From: Trichodelitschia bisporula
Lineage: Eukaryota
Direction of reading: 5' to 3'
NCBI GenBank assembly: GCA_010356995.1
Contig: ML996689.1
Span: 169,873-233,872 of the forward strand
DNA: 64,000 nt
Shown: positions 25,155 through 38,741 of the stretch, piece after piece
How the letters are laid out: each line of letters starts with the position of its first letter
How positions within the stretch are numbered: position 1 is the first letter of the stretch
Translations under genes and position numbers: made by a program
The notes under the pieces: generated by a model
The model's input: only the letters and a program-made list of their open reading frames with translations
What the model was told of the DNA's origin: nothing
The model's database searches: none

Positions 25155-26872
25155 CTACACCACAGTATCCCCCTTAGGCTCCGCAGAAGAGTGCCCCTTG
25201 CGGCCCACACTCCCCGTAACACTCGCCCTGCGCTCAACATCCTGCACAATCTCCGCCTTGAGCTCGCCCTTCTCCGTCATGCCCATCTCAGCCGCATAGG
25301 TCGTCGTCGGCTTCCACTTGGCGCTGGTGCGCGGCGTGGTCTCCTCCAGCATGCGGTCCACCTGCTCCAGCGACAGGCCCTTGGTCTCCGGGATCAGGAA
25401 GTAGGCGTACAGGAAGCATAGCACGCACAGCGAGCCCCAGATGAAGAACACCTTGGGCCCGAGGTTGCCCTTGTCGGTGCCGACCATGTAGGGCGTGATG
25501 ACAGCGATGATGCAGTTCCACAGCCAGTTGGAGGCGGTGGAGAGCGCGACGCCGCGAGACCGGATCGATAGAGGGAACTGCTCGCCGATGCACACCCAAG
25601 CGCCGGGACCCCAGGTGGAGGCGAAGAAGACTGAGACGGGTTAGTGGTGAGCGAGATAGTGGTGCGAGGGGACTTACAGATGTAAATGCAGATGAACGAG
25701 ATCATAGCCTTGACCGCCTGCGGGTTGTGCCCATCCGTAACACCAATAATAGCGACAATAAACTCGCACACAAACATACCAGCCGCACCCCAGATCATAA
25801 GTGGGCGCCGACCGAAGCGCTCAATAGTCCAAAACGAGATGGGCGTCGAGAGCACATTGACAAGCGTTGTGATCAAGCTGATGAGGAAGGGGTTGCTGAT
25901 GGTGCCGAGGGCCTGGAAGAAGGTGGTGCCGAAGTAGAAGACGAAGTTGATGCCCGTCCACTGCTGCATCATCTGCAAGCTGGTGCCCAGAATCGTGCGC
26001 CGCAGGTTGCTGGCCGGGTTCCAGAGGCTGCCGCTGAAGCAATCGGTCCAGCTCTTGATGTACCCGCCCTGGGGGCGCAGGAGCAGCTCGTACTCGTGGT
26101 TGGCAATGATCTCCGCAAGCTCTACCTGAACGAACTCGCTCTCGTACGGCTGGTCGCGCAGGCGCGCAAGCACATGCCGCGCCTTCTCCATCTCGCCCTT
26201 GCGCACGAAGTACCGCGGCGACTCAGGGAGGAGGAAAAGACCGGTCGCGAGAATGAGCGCCCAGAGCATCTGCAGCGCAATGGGGATGCGGTACGAGCCG
26301 GTGTCGGTGCGGTTCTGGGTTCCGTAATCGACGCACGACGCCAGCAGCAAGCCAATCGTGATGCAGAACTGATACCCGGAGACGATGGCGCCGCGCACCT
26401 TCTTCGGCGCGATTTCAGACATGTACAGGATGATGATGGCGGACACGAAGCCGACGCCGAAACCCGCAACCAGGCGCCCGGCAACGAGAAGGCCATAAGT
26501 CTCGGACGCAGTCTGCAGGATGACACCGATGACAAATACAACGCAGCCGGCGATGATAGTCGTGCGACGGCCAAACCAATCCGCAAGATCACCAGCAATG
26601 AGCGCGCCGAAGAAAGTACCAGCCGAGAGAATGGACACGATGAGCGACTTCTGCCAGCTGGGCAGCGTCCACACATCGGCGTTGCCCCGGTCGCTGAACG
26701 GCTTGCCCGTGTACTTGTGGATGATGAAGTCCATGCCGAGCACGCCGTTGATGTACCCGGAGTCGTAGCCGAAGAAGATACCGCCGAAGGCTGCGAACGC
26801 GCACATCATGTACGCCTTCGCCGTGACGGGTGCCTCGACGCGATTGACGTCCGCCGACGCGAGGAGAGGCAT
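25155..26872 (-). CDS. MFS sugar porter, high-affinity glucose transporter-like (RCO-3/MstA group), 2 exons
   Basis: FGGIFFGYDSG, DWFGRR, YMSEIAPKKVRG, PESPR, QQWTGIN, ERFGRR and PETKG motifs; intron 25631-25677. Confidence 0.93.
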
Positions 26873-29800
26873 GGTGGAAAGTGCGGGATGAAGATCTCGG
26901 GTGAGTTGGGAAGGTGATCGGCAGGGGAGGGCCTCGGCCTTGCGGGGGAGGGAGGGGGAGGAAAAACTGGGGAGAGACGGGCGGTGATGGAACAAAACTT
27001 GATGATCTTTCGGAAAGCGGGGGAATTGCTCACCTTTATCTATACCTCCAATCCTTCCCCACCGTTCGGGGGTACGAAAAAGATCACCAGTCCGGGCGCT
27101 CGGCGTGGTGCACACGGGGTCGCGGGGATGCCATGCTGGGGTCGACGGAATGGGCACAATTTCCGGATTCGAGCATCCGCCCGGAGCCAGGCCAATTCAC
27201 TTCCTAGCCGCGTTCTCGCCCTCGCGCAAGCCGGGCAGGCCAGTCAGAGCCGATCTGCAGAAAACTTTGACAGTCAGGCATGCCGATGCTGTGGACCTAT
27301 TTTTCCTCTCCACAGCCTTAGCGCCCAATCTCCGCACTCAATTCCGCGCGGGCCCCCCTTCGCCCCAGCAAGCATCCCCCATCCCCGCGATACGGAGGGT
27401 CGCAACGCTCGCATGCCATGCGCCGAACACGACATGCATCATCGTCGCCCCGCGTCAGCACACACCACAGCAAGAAACACGCAGGGCTCTAGACGCACGC
27501 TAGAAGCCCAGCTCACCAGGAATCGGGCCTGCGCGCACGAACCACGTTGCACGCAGCGAGCATCGCGCAGCGCCTTCCCCTAGCCCGAGCCGGCCCTCGG
27601 CATCACAATTGGCCAGGTTCCTGTTCTTCCCTTCGGCCTGCCTTGCCCCGGGACTTTGCAAGGAACGCGCGGGCAGCCCGAAGCGGGACCAGGGACGTCA
27701 CGAACGCGGAGAAACGGCCTGGCGGACCCTCATGCTCCCCGCATGCCCATGCCCTTGCTGCCCGTGGTTACATGCAGAGCGGCGCGCGCTCGTTGGTTGA
27801 TGGTCCTGGGTGCGATCGAACCGTATCTGCAGTTGCGGGGAGAGATGTGGTGCACGCGACGTGGGCGGGTGAGCGCGAGGGGGGATGCGAGGTTGGGATG
27901 TCGGAGCGGCGACGATGTTACGGCGCGGAGGAACAGGGGCAAGGCACGAATTGCAGGAATAGGATGAGGGCGTGCTAGGGGCGTGCTCCTTGTCCCCGGG
28001 TAACAGAAGAGAAGGGGGGAGCTGGATCTGCTACTGTACTACCCTTAGCCCGGATTATGGAATAGTTCCCTGATGGAACGTCCCTCCTTCCATCTCTCCC
28101 CTGCCCTTTAGGCCTGGAATTAGGTCTGGATGGGGAGGAGTTTGCAGGTTTCGCGACATGAGATAGTGTATGGTTCGCGCTGACTTCGCGCTACGCACCC
28201 CAGGGAAGGCTGCCCCACACCTCGCACACCTAAGCATTGCGGCCAGAATTAAGCTCTGAAGTTTGCCATCACACAGCGCGGAGTCTTGACCTAAACGGGC
28301 CCAGCCCGCGATCAGCACGCGCACATTGATCCGCATTGGACGGCGCAAGACGTCGCCCATCAATCGCAACCCAGGCACTGGCGAACGGAAATGAGACAAG
28401 CAACGAGGAACAGCACCAGTACCAACGGCGCCCGCACCAGTCGCCGTCAAACTCTCGTCGTCGTGAAAACACTGCCATCCACGAGCTTACCACAGTAAAC
28501 GAACAGGAGCCGTCGCCTCAACGGAACCTGTCAGCTTGCGGCCACCTGCGCGCAAAAAAAATCTTCCCTTCCTCCATTCGTCCATCCATCACCCCGCAAT
28601 CTGACAAAACACCCCGCATGTCGTCGAGCCGCACGCGCAGCCGCAATGCAACATCGCCGCCACCACGATGGCGATACGAGCGATACCACGCCGCGCGGGA
28701 GCGCCAGGGTAGGAGCGACGAATCACGCGCGCCCGCCGCACTAAGCTTAGCTACGGCGCCGAAACGGCGCACGCCGTTGACGTCATTGGTGAACGACGCT
28801 CGGCCAGCTGCGTCGGTAGCAAGAAGCGAGTGAATACTCAAGCTTCGGGCTACCATAATCCAACATCAGTCACCGCCGCAGCTTCGGTTAGCTTCACGGC
28901 TAGTGTTTACGGTTATGCTTGATTGGACGGGAAATGCTCCGCGGCGAATCACGCGCACTCGCTTCAGTGGCTACTCCGCGCAAGCGCGCGGGGCCGGGAT
29001 GCCGGCTACCATATGGGGCAGGGACGCCGGTAACGTGCGTCGGGCCGGCTTGGAAGTACGGTACGGCGGCGATCGCGATCGCGGCAAGAACGGAAGCTTA
29101 TGTCTAGACTATTACGGCATGGACGCGCTGCAATGGGACGTCAATGAGGGCGTGAGCGCATGACATCACTTGTTTCGTCGCCATCGCTTGCCCCGTCGCC
29201 ATCGCTCGTACCGTCGTCGCATCGCCATGCTGACAGCATATGCACTCCACACCCGCGAGGCGGGGAAGGTGGATGCCAGAGTCTGGAGTGCATAATATCG
29301 TGTGGGGCAAGTAAGCGGGGGCGAATTTCGCGCAGAACAACCTGGAACGTTCACTTGCCGGGTTACACTTGCTGTCCACGTCGGCCTCGCCCACCGGGCC
29401 ACCCCAGCGTAATCGGGAGTGGGCCGGTGGGGCCTTCAAATCTCCGAGTTCCACCCGCCGGACCGGGCGCCAAGCAGGGAATACCACTTCGCTACAGGCT
29501 GGCCAGCCGTCTCCACTCAGAAGTTCTGGACGCGTGCTGTAGTAAGCCGCGGGGACGACTGATGTAATCCCGGGGAAGGTTGACAGATCCAGATCAAGCT
29601 GGCCAGATCCAGATCTTGCAGCGTTTTGCCAGGACTCCCGTGCCAATACGTTGTCGATCCAGTTCGCACAACCGACCGACCGGGTGCGGGTCCATCCCCG
29701 ACTCATAGACAGCGGCACGAAGTCTGCGGTGTGATGCACGGCATGAAGCCGATCATTCCAGGGCTGCACCTCGTCCGTCCCGACCACCGGGTAGCCCTGT

Positions 29801-30128
29801 ACGGTAGTGTAGCGGCGCCCCGCCCTGCTCAGGCGTTCGGCCGGCAAGCGCTGCTCGGGGTTGGAGCAGCTTGGGGACCCGCCTGGGGGCGCTGTCGAGT
29901 GAACCTCTGCCCACTGCGGGGGAGGTTATCGAATGAGCGTCGGCCCCGCGTCTACTGTGTATTGAGTGAGTGTGGAGTTATGGTATGGGGTGAGGGAGTT
30001 ACATCAGGGCGAGCTAGTGATTGATAGCGGTGGTAGGAAACTCCTCGTCAATAGCGGTAAAATGAGAGTTGGGTGAGGCGGATGAAGCTCAGGTGCGCGC
30101 TGCGCGGTGCATATAGGTTCCCTTATCG

Positions 30129-30317
30129 CAGAATGTCGTCGCTTCCCTGCAGAATGCCGTTGTTTCCCTTCAGAAGGTCGCCGCTTCCCCGCATAAGGTC
30201 GTTTTTTCCCTTCAGAAGGTCGTTTTTTCCCTTCAGAATGTCGTCGCCTCCCTCCAGAACGGCGTCGCTTCCCTTCAGAAGGTCGTCGCTTCCCTGCAGA
30301 ATGTCGTCCCTTCCTGA
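30129..30317. repeat. 21-bp minisatellite, 9 units (consensus CAGAAKGTCGTCGCTTCCCTK)
   Basis: Nine consecutive in-register 21-mers are visible. Confidence 0.92.
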
Positions 30318-31093
30318 GCTTATAACTCCAGCTGCACCTCCATCTCCCCCCGTAACGCCGCGCCCGCCCTAACGCAGCTCCTACAAGACTCATGCACTAC
30401 ACCCTTGACCCCGGCGGGCGTCCATGTCCCACAACCGCGGGATGCGATGCTGGGCATATTCTCGGCGATCAGATGGCCAAGTGCCTCCTCTAGATCCCAG
30501 TCCGGGAATGCAATTTGCCCGGCGGTGTCTGCTGCATGTAGTTAGCGAGGGGATTTTGGTGTGATGTTATGCGTATACGTACCAGGCGTTAAGCCCGACC
30601 TGGGCTGGACGTCTAGTTCTAGTTCTAGTCGGTCTATCGCTGCCGCGCGCCTGGTTCCGCGATACCCGCTGGTCGACGGCGGGGCTCGCCCAACATCGCC
30701 GTCTGCAGTCGTCCAGATCGCTAAGGTCCCATGAGAGGGAGTGGGCGCCTTGCGCCTCCGCCAGGATAGCTCCGTAGACCCTGTGTCATCCCATATGGGC
30801 GCCATGTGCAATCCACGAGGATCGGAGGATTCCATCGGACCCTTGCCATTTAGGATAACCGTTGAGAAGCATTTCAGCCCTGCCAGGCGACCGCCATCCC
30901 GCCAACAAGAGGATGAAACAAAGGAATAATCCACCGATTACCCCCCCTGCCTCACATGCGTGCTCGGGTGGGCAATTGCCATTGGCGTCCAAGCGCCATA
31001 CCCGCCAGCATCACGACCTCGGGCTGCGGATGCAGAACCGGTAGGAGAGAAGAGACCTAGGTTTCAAGGCACTACATCAACAGCTACTACACC

Positions 31094-32198
31094 TCAAACA
31101 ACCGCCCAAAGCGGGCGCGGCAAGAAGCCAACACCCCCCTCCCGCACACCAACCCAAACACACCTCCCCTCCCCACCCTCAACACTCCACGTCCTAAGCC
31201 CATAATAAGCGCCCACAGCATGCACCACCCACCGCGCAAACGGCCCATCCGCCTCAATCGCCCTCTCCATCCGCCCCCCCAATCCCAAACTCATCTCCCC
31301 ATCCTGCCCTACAAACACCATCTCCTCGTCCTCACTCTCCCCATCCCTGCCAACAAACACAACACTCTCGTCCTCACTCTCTCCCCCCACCTCCTGCGCC
31401 CTCAACCGCTCCGCCACAAAACCCCTCACCTCGCCCTCAACATCGCGCAGCAAACCCCGCGCACCCCGCGCCTTCCTAAGCCGCACCCGCAGCTCCCGCG
31501 GCACGTGGCCCGGCGGCACGGCGGCGACGTTCCCGCCCTGAACCGGCGCCGCGGCTGCGGCTTCGAGCGCGGCTTTCTTGCGCGCGCGCTCGCGCTCAAG
31601 ACGCGCGGCGCTGATGGACGCGAGGCCGGCCTCCCAGAGCGGCGCGAGGTAATATGGCACTGTGTGCGTGGGCGGGGTGGGCACGGCCCAGTCCGTGGGG
31701 AGAGGGGGCGTGGCGTGCGGATTGCCCAGGAGGCGGTCTGGCCGCGGTCAGCAACATGCACGTTCTACGAAAGGTGGGGAACGGGGGGGTGGCGCGGGTG
31801 TGGGGTGCAGGAAGGCGGTGGGCGTGCAGGTGGGGTGTGGGGGAGGCAGATGCGCGGTGGGTTTATGCGGAATGGAGATGCGGGGAATAGACGGTGCGCG
31901 ATTTGCCATGGGATTGTCTCGCAGCCCGGGAGGGGGAGTGCCACGTACCGTTTTCCCAGCGGCGCCGGCGGCGAGTGCCTTCCCGGCCTTCGAGGAGGGC
32001 CTCGCGCCGGCGGAAACTGTCGCGCTCGCGCTTGCGCAGGAGGGCGGCGGCGGCAGCGGCGGTTGCTGCGTCGTAGGTGTTGGGCTTGCGCTGGATGGGT
32101 TGGGGGGCGGGGGATGGGGGTTCGGAGTCGGAGAGGGAGAGGTCGCTGAGGGGCGGGAGGACCTCGGCGGACCAGATTGGGATGATGATGGGCTGCAT
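31094..32198 (-). CDS. R3H-associated N-terminal domain protein, 2 exons
   Basis: RDSFRRREALLEGREGTRRRRRWEN|DRLLGNPHATPPLPTDW...VPYYLA...FARWVVHAVGAYYGLRTWS...LPRPLW; intron 31738-31948. The start codon is uncertain. Confidence 0.8.
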
Positions 32199-33184
32199 GA
32201 TGGGGTACGATGGGTACGATGCGTTGATTGTTCGTTGTTGTGTTTGCGGGATCGGTGAGGGATGGGAGAGGACGTGGTTGGGGTTGGGGTGGCGCGCGGG
32301 TTATATGCGAGATAGTGATAAGCTCGGCGGGGAGGGTGGGCGCTAGGGCCGGGAGGGAGCTCAGCTGGTGGGGAAGGGGGCGGGGTGAGTCAACTGATTC
32401 AACGCCGTGGGCTTGAGGTTGGGATGAATGGATGACGGAATGAAGAGGAATTGAGGGTGACGAGGTGAATGAGGGGATCGAGGCGGCGCTGAGATGAGTG
32501 ACAGTTGATTGTCTTTGTGAGGGCTGGCCAGTCACGCCCGTTGGCCTCATCGCGTGTTGAACGGTAGGGCCAATGGTGGCGGCAGCTGGGCATGGGCGGG
32601 GAAGCCGGAAGGGCAAGGGCGGTGATGGATGCCTCCGGCGCTCACAACAGTTGACCGTCAACGAGCATTCCTTGTTGCGGTACCCCTTCAATCGCCGGTT
32701 GCCATAATTGAAGTTAAGTTCCCCTATTGGGCCGGTAATGTGCTGTAGCTTCCAGGCGCACCTGCTTTTCGATGTCGGGATCTTTTGCTTCAACACCAAT
32801 GACATAGCCGCATAAAAGATTGGCAGAGTATCTTCTGCACCGTCTCCACGCGCCATGGAGAAGAACACCATGCTCCGGACTCTCCCCATCTTCGATATCA
32901 ATGAGGACGCCTGCTGTACTGGCGCTCTGCGTGGTCACTCGGATCAGTTCTTCCCATATGCAGCATGGGACTTGATGAACTCAGAATTCAAATCCATTGG
33001 CCGGCGGCCTCTTCCCCTGGGCGGTGCTCAGCCTCACTTCGTTGAGGAGGCCACTGCGGGGTTCAAGACGACATGAAACCGGACTGCCCAACCTCGAAGA
33101 AACGACCCCCCCGACAGTTCTTCTTCAACGGTCCCACCAGGCATTACCTTCTTACAGCAGTCCCCCTATCAATCATCTCCACCA

Positions 33185-35058
33185 ATGCGACTCCTGAATG
33201 TTCACACATTCCGTCTCAAAAACTATATTGATGCAGAGCATGCCCCAACGTACACGATCCTCTCCCACACATGGGGTCCGAGAGAGGTCACCTTCGAGGA
33301 TGCTGTGGCGGTTATGGATGACCAAGGAGACAAAGTGCTCGAATTCCATGAGATGCCATCCAAGCCGGAATCGTGGCGCAAAATAGTCGGCGCCTGCAAA
33401 CAAGCACAATCAGATGGCTACGAATATATCTGGATAGATACAATCTGTATTGATAAATCGTCGTCAGCAGAGCTCTCCGAAGCCATCAATAGTATGTTCC
33501 AGTGGTACGAAAGGTCCTTTGTATGCTACGCAGTTCTCGAAGACGTTTCCGACCCCGACTCACCATTTCTGGATCTGCATCAGATTTACGGCGGACCCGA
33601 CTCTCAAATACCAGTTCCCCGCTGGTTCACGCGCGGCTGGACGCTACAGGAGTTGATTGCACCAAAAAAGGTCAACTTCTACACTGGCGGTTGGGCCAAG
33701 ATTGGAACCAAAGAAAGTCTTCGCGCGAAGCTCGCACAGGTTACTGGGATCAATGAGGCTGCCCTCCACAACTCGTTGACAATATATGATCTTACCATCG
33801 CACATCGAATGTCGTGGGCCGCGCACCGCCAAACTACGCGCCTCGAGGACATGGCCTACTGTCTCATAGGCATCTTCCGCGTCAACATGCCACTGCTATA
33901 CGGCGAAGGTGAGTCTGCGTGCCCTCTGTGAAAAGAGCGGAGCGTGCTTCAGATTGGTAACGAAATGAAGGTACCAAAGCCTTCACACGCCTACAGGAGG
34001 AGTTGATGAAGGAGTCAGACGACCATTCATTGTTTGCATGGGAGACAGACGGCATTCCCGCAGTCTTCAACCAAGTGGGTATCCTGGCCCGGTCCCCAAG
34101 AGACTTCTCCAAAACGGCGGATGTCGTTTCATACCCTCCAGGCGATCCGCATGAGATGACGAACCGCGGGTTGCGCATCCGAGCCGCGATCTACGTCGAC
34201 CCGAAGAGCCTGCCCTACCTTATCTTACGCTGCTCGTTCTCGTCTTACCCGAAGAAGCACATAGGCGTACCACTAAGCGACGACAGTCTTGCCAAGGGAA
34301 AATACTGGCGCGACAGTACGCAACCCTTGAAGATGTTTGCCATAACACCGATATTTTATGCGGAGTTGACCAAAACGGTCTACATTCATAAGGCAGGACA
34401 GCGAAGTGCGGATTCACATCAACTGCGATACTGCGTCCTAAAGCGCTTCCCAAAGTCGCCCGACTTCGACTTGTTGATGGGCTTTGTGCTGGCACTAGGA
34501 CAAGACCGCTTCGCATTCGACAACCATATTGACTTTACTTTAGCAGGCGCGGCATGGAACCTTGAGGCCCACACGCTTTACTTCAAGACGCGACTGGACA
34601 GAGGGTGCAAGTCGATGCTAGTCTTTGGAGGCCCGGGAAGTTCTAAAAGAGTGATCCTTTGTTTGGAGCTGTACAATTCAGGCATTGCGCATGCTCGTCT
34701 CGTGGACGCCAGAAAGGGCTCGTTGGAAAAAACCATCAGGGATAATTTGATACCGCCAGCAGTTCTCCCACCTGTAACCTTGAAATTCGGGAGTGCTCGC
34801 TTGAGTGTGGATGTTAAACTGGCAAGAGACGTAAAAGTTGGTGATGAGTTTTTTGAGGTGGATATGGAATGGACTGACGACCGACCGCCTCGGCATCCGG
34901 TCTCTTGGACGAGCAGGCTAAATGAGCGGGAGAAAAACCTGGGAAGGCTGCAGTCGGCGATGGAAGGAATGGAAGAACGGGAGAAGGCTATGCGGGATGA
35001 GATCGAGCGAAGGAAGAAATTGCCGAACGAACGGATAAGGGACGTAGATGCACGATGA
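33185..35058 (+). CDS. HET-domain (heterokaryon incompatibility) protein without NACHT, 2 exons
   Basis: MRLLNV...YTILSHTWG...YIWIDTICIDKSSSAELSEAINSMFQWY...WFTRGWTLQELIAP...RMSWAAHRQTTRLEDMAYCLIGIF.VNMPLLYGEG|TKAFTRLQEELMKESDDHSLFAW; intron 33909-33970. Confidence 0.93.
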
Positions 35059-35572
35059 CTAGATTGATGCAAGAGAGTGATGGAATAAATCACGAAGGTT
35101 GGATGTTAGGGGGGGGAGATTTTGGAGCCGATCGATAGGTTATGTTGATACAATCGGCATTGGTGCTCCGCAACTCAAAGATGGCTTCCGGCTAATATGA
35201 TGTACTGTGTATGCCAGTTTGGTCCCATGAGGGGAGAGTTCTCGAGGTTGCAGAAGTGATTTGACGAGGCTCTACCTCCGTACGGATGTAGCCGTGCTTG
35301 CAGTTCATCACCACGTCATAGGGGACAGGTCTTGGCAACTTGGCAATCAAATACTGACTGGTCCGACACCGGTGATACCGCACTGCTTCCAACTTCAATC
35401 GTTAATCACTGCTGGTTTAGAAGCCCAATTGCCCTGATTCCTCCCTCTCCTACCGTGTCCAGACTCGTTACTCATTCATCTGGCATTGCAACCACCTTCT
35501 CCCTCGAATTTGATCCCGATACAGTTCACATATCTTGATAAAGTCTCTTACAATCCCACCCTCCCCACCGCG

Positions 35573-36740
35573 ATGCCCTTCTCCCATCACAGCCACAGCA
35601 GTTCATTCTGCGCACATGCCTCCTCACCTTTAGAATCCATGATCCAAACCGCCATATCTCGCGACATGTTTCTGTATGCATTGACCGAGCACATGCCGCG
35701 CGACCAGGAAGACTTCTACCCGGAAGAAGTACGCTCCGCTTACCCCCCCCTTACCTCACTACAGCTGACTTCCCAAAGATCCCCCTCCATCCCACCGCAG
35801 CCAGCCTAGCCGCTCAAATCACCGCTTTCCACGCCTCTGCTACCTCCCTCCGCACCAAATATGCTCCCCAAATTGCCCTCCCCATAGGCTTCGAAGCAGA
35901 ATGGATCCGACCCTCCACCCTCCCTGCCATCCAGGCCCTCCTCACCGCCCACAAATGGGACTTCTTCATAGGCTCCGTGCACCACGTCCACACTATCCCA
36001 ATCGACTTTGACCGTGCGACCTACGAGTCGGCCCGGGAGCGAGCGCTCTTGCTATACCAAAGCTCCCCACGGTACGACGAAGCAGCTACAATGCAGCCGG
36101 ACTCTGACGAGATCTTATTTGAGGACTACTTCGACGCCCAGCTCGCCATGCTGGTCGCATTGCGCCCTCCTGTCGTGGGCCATTTCGACCTCATCCGACT
36201 ATACAGCAATGCCCGTGACGCGGCGCTTTCCCGCTGGCCTGGCGTCTGGTCTCGCGTGTGCCGGAACCTCGGCTTCATCGCTGGGTATGGCGGTATCGTA
36301 GAGATCAACAGTTCGGCGCTCCGCAAGGGCTTGGCGGAACCGTATCCGACAGCTGAGGTTTGCCGGGTGGGTTTAGGGCTCCTTTATTGGGCGCGCGGAG
36401 TCAAATGATGCTTCGGGATCAGCTTCGCTAGTGTACGACCGGCCCTGCTGACCCTCTGTAGGAATTCCTCGGCCTTGGCGGCCGCTTCACGCTCTCCGAT
36501 GACGCCCACGACGTCACCCAGGTGGGCACGCATTATGCGCAGGCGTTGGCGTTTGCAAAGGGGGTGGGCGTAACAGCACTGCACCGGCTCGACATATTAG
36601 CAGGCAGCGACTATGCCAGCAGCCAAGCGCCTGACGCGGCTGCCAACTCAACCCCCCAGCCAACTTTCACCCCCATCCGGATGACTTCCCTTGAGAACCA
36701 CCCCTTCTTCAGCGCGGAGCCGTCCCCACCCACTGCCTAA
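35573..36740 (+). CDS. HIS2: Histidinol-phosphate phosphatase (PHP family), 3 exons
   Basis: MPFSHHSHS..FC.HA, LTEHMPR, GFEAEW, GSVHHV, VVGHFDLIRL, EINSSALRKG..EPYP and FTLSDDAH motifs. Confidence 0.9.
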
Positions 36741-38739
36741 CCGTCATGCAGCTAACCCACCCACCGCACCGAACGCGTCGCACCGTTCCTTACGCCTTCA
36801 CGCCTTCCCCCGCGCGCCTAGGGCGTCGCACGCCTTAGCCGCAGCGGACCGCATCGGGCAGGCCCGGCATACATACATGGGGGGCGTCGCGGTCTGGCGT
36901 GCGAGCGACGCGGCTACGTCAAATCTAATAACACCCGGGCTTGGACTAAAGCCCGTGGGGCGCAGGGGTTGAAGTGATTTGCTGTGAGTGCTCGACACTG
37001 CTGTCGTTTTGCTCCGTCGCTGGTCTTTCGCTCCCTGTCCTTCCTCTGCAAGCTGCCTGCGTCCGCGTTGTCGGCCCTATTCCCGGACCTATCCCCGCAC
37101 CCATTGCCATACCATATGCCTTCGTGCATCATCAGCGATGAAGGAAGTGCCGAGTCCGCCAGCATCTATCCATGCAGCGGCCCGGCGGACGAAGTTCTGT
37201 CTGATGAATCCCCGACAGCGGCGCTCAAAAGCTGTTGACCATAATAAACCGAACCGCAAACGGCGATAGCAGCTCAAGCAGCGCAAAACAAGACGACCTG
37301 CAAGCCCCGCATCCCGCTCACCCGTCCCACCAATCAGTTGGGCAAAAGCGCGGCCGATACATTGGATATCGGAAACCCGCGGCCAGAGCGGCGGGGCGGG
37401 ATGCGCCGATACGGAGGCGGTGATAACGAATCTGCAGAGTGTGGGTGATTCCTGTGCCGGCTGGCTTGCTGGCATATGCGGTTGCCGCGCGAGACGGAAG
37501 GGAGGATGGTGGATGTGAATGTATGGAGGATTTGCTTTTCTGGAAGGAGCGGGGTTGGTGGTTGGCGGTGATGGCCCCGCCGGTGCCAAGAGGAGGTGGG
37601 ATCAGCGCCCCCCCCCACGATTTGCGGGCTGTGGCGCAGGTGGCCGCTTGCAGCGGTCAATGTGGGTTTGCGGATGGGTACAGATATTGCAGATTGAAGT
37701 GCGTGTGGATGGGCTGTTTGGGATCGAGGATGGGGGTGCACTCCGATACCGTATGCCACTGGACGACGGGTCTACGGTGCTGCTCGCCATCGCGATCACT
37801 TACCTCGAATATGTTGTCCCCCAACCAAAATCCCCCGCTTAATAATGTCCTGAAGCGGCCTTTTGGTCCTCTCTGCAGCCGCACAAATCCCAGCTTGCTT
37901 CCCCCACCCCAGCCTCAGGTCCGGCGAGGGAGTCAACCTTTGGTTGTGCAAAACGTGCTGCAGCATGCCGTACCGGGGCCTAAGCGCAGAGGTGCAGACC
38001 AGCGCCCGCCGTACATAGAGGGCACATGGAGCGCGCATTCCGCATTCAGCAAGCATTCTGCGCGCGCGCTCCACCATTCTCTGCAAGGACTCTGCAAGCC
38101 GACAAAAGCAAAGGCGGGGGGCAGAGCGAAATAGTGCTCACAGCCAGAGAGCTCGCAGCAGGAAAGCCGGCAGCAGAGTAGTAGAGCTGGCACCAGCTTC
38201 ATTTTCGCCAACCGGAACGCAGCGTTCGCTGCTGCCTCATTCGACGGCTATTGAGGTGCGCCGACGCTGCTGCACTGGAGGAAACGTTGGCCCGCGCGGA
38301 GCGGCTAATGCGCCCTGGGGCTACTGGAGTGCTTCCGATGCGACTGGACCGTGGGCAGAGTGGCCGGTGGGCGGATGTCGCATTTCTAGACGATGTGCCC
38401 AGGCGCCAGGCGGTGGGGTGCGAGGGGTTCAATGGTCTGGATGGATGCGGGTGCGTGTGGGTGGATTCTGGACTGGATAGACGCGTGAAGGAGGGTACGA
38501 TGGACAGTGAGATGTGGGAAAGGGATTTGGAAGTGAAGAGAGTTGGAATTGATGGAGGGGAGAGAGAGTAGAGTAGGAAGAGGCTGATAATGTCGAATGA
38601 CGGAACTTGGAAAGAAGAACTGATTTTTGGCAGATGGAAAGGCGCCACGCCATGCCCCTCCATCAGCCAGCCTCGCTCACCATTTTCCCAATCGCCTAAT
38701 ATCATGCTGTCATCAATTGCTCATCTCATCACGTCCTTC

Positions 38740-38741
<2 letters not shown>

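Noticed and set aside
25727..26917. 396-aa ORF antisense to the sugar transporter, and similar antisense ORFs over KRR1, GLO3 and the Bys1-like gene
   Set aside because: Same codon-bias shadow effect.
26873..27157. 95-aa N-terminal extension of the transporter in the ORF track
   Set aside because: It begins at GTG and is low-complexity leader/promoter sequence. The family-typical N-terminus starts at ATG 26872.
30129..30317. CRISPR-like array
   Set aside because: Head-to-tail tandem units with no unique spacers, in a eukaryotic context.
31738..31948. Intronic snoRNA in the 211-nt R3H-gene intron
   Set aside because: No convincing C/D or H/ACA boxes; mostly C-rich filler.
35056..35067. TGA-CTAG readthrough context at the HET stop codon
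   Set aside because: Readthrough would add only three residues (X-L-D) and no targeting signal.
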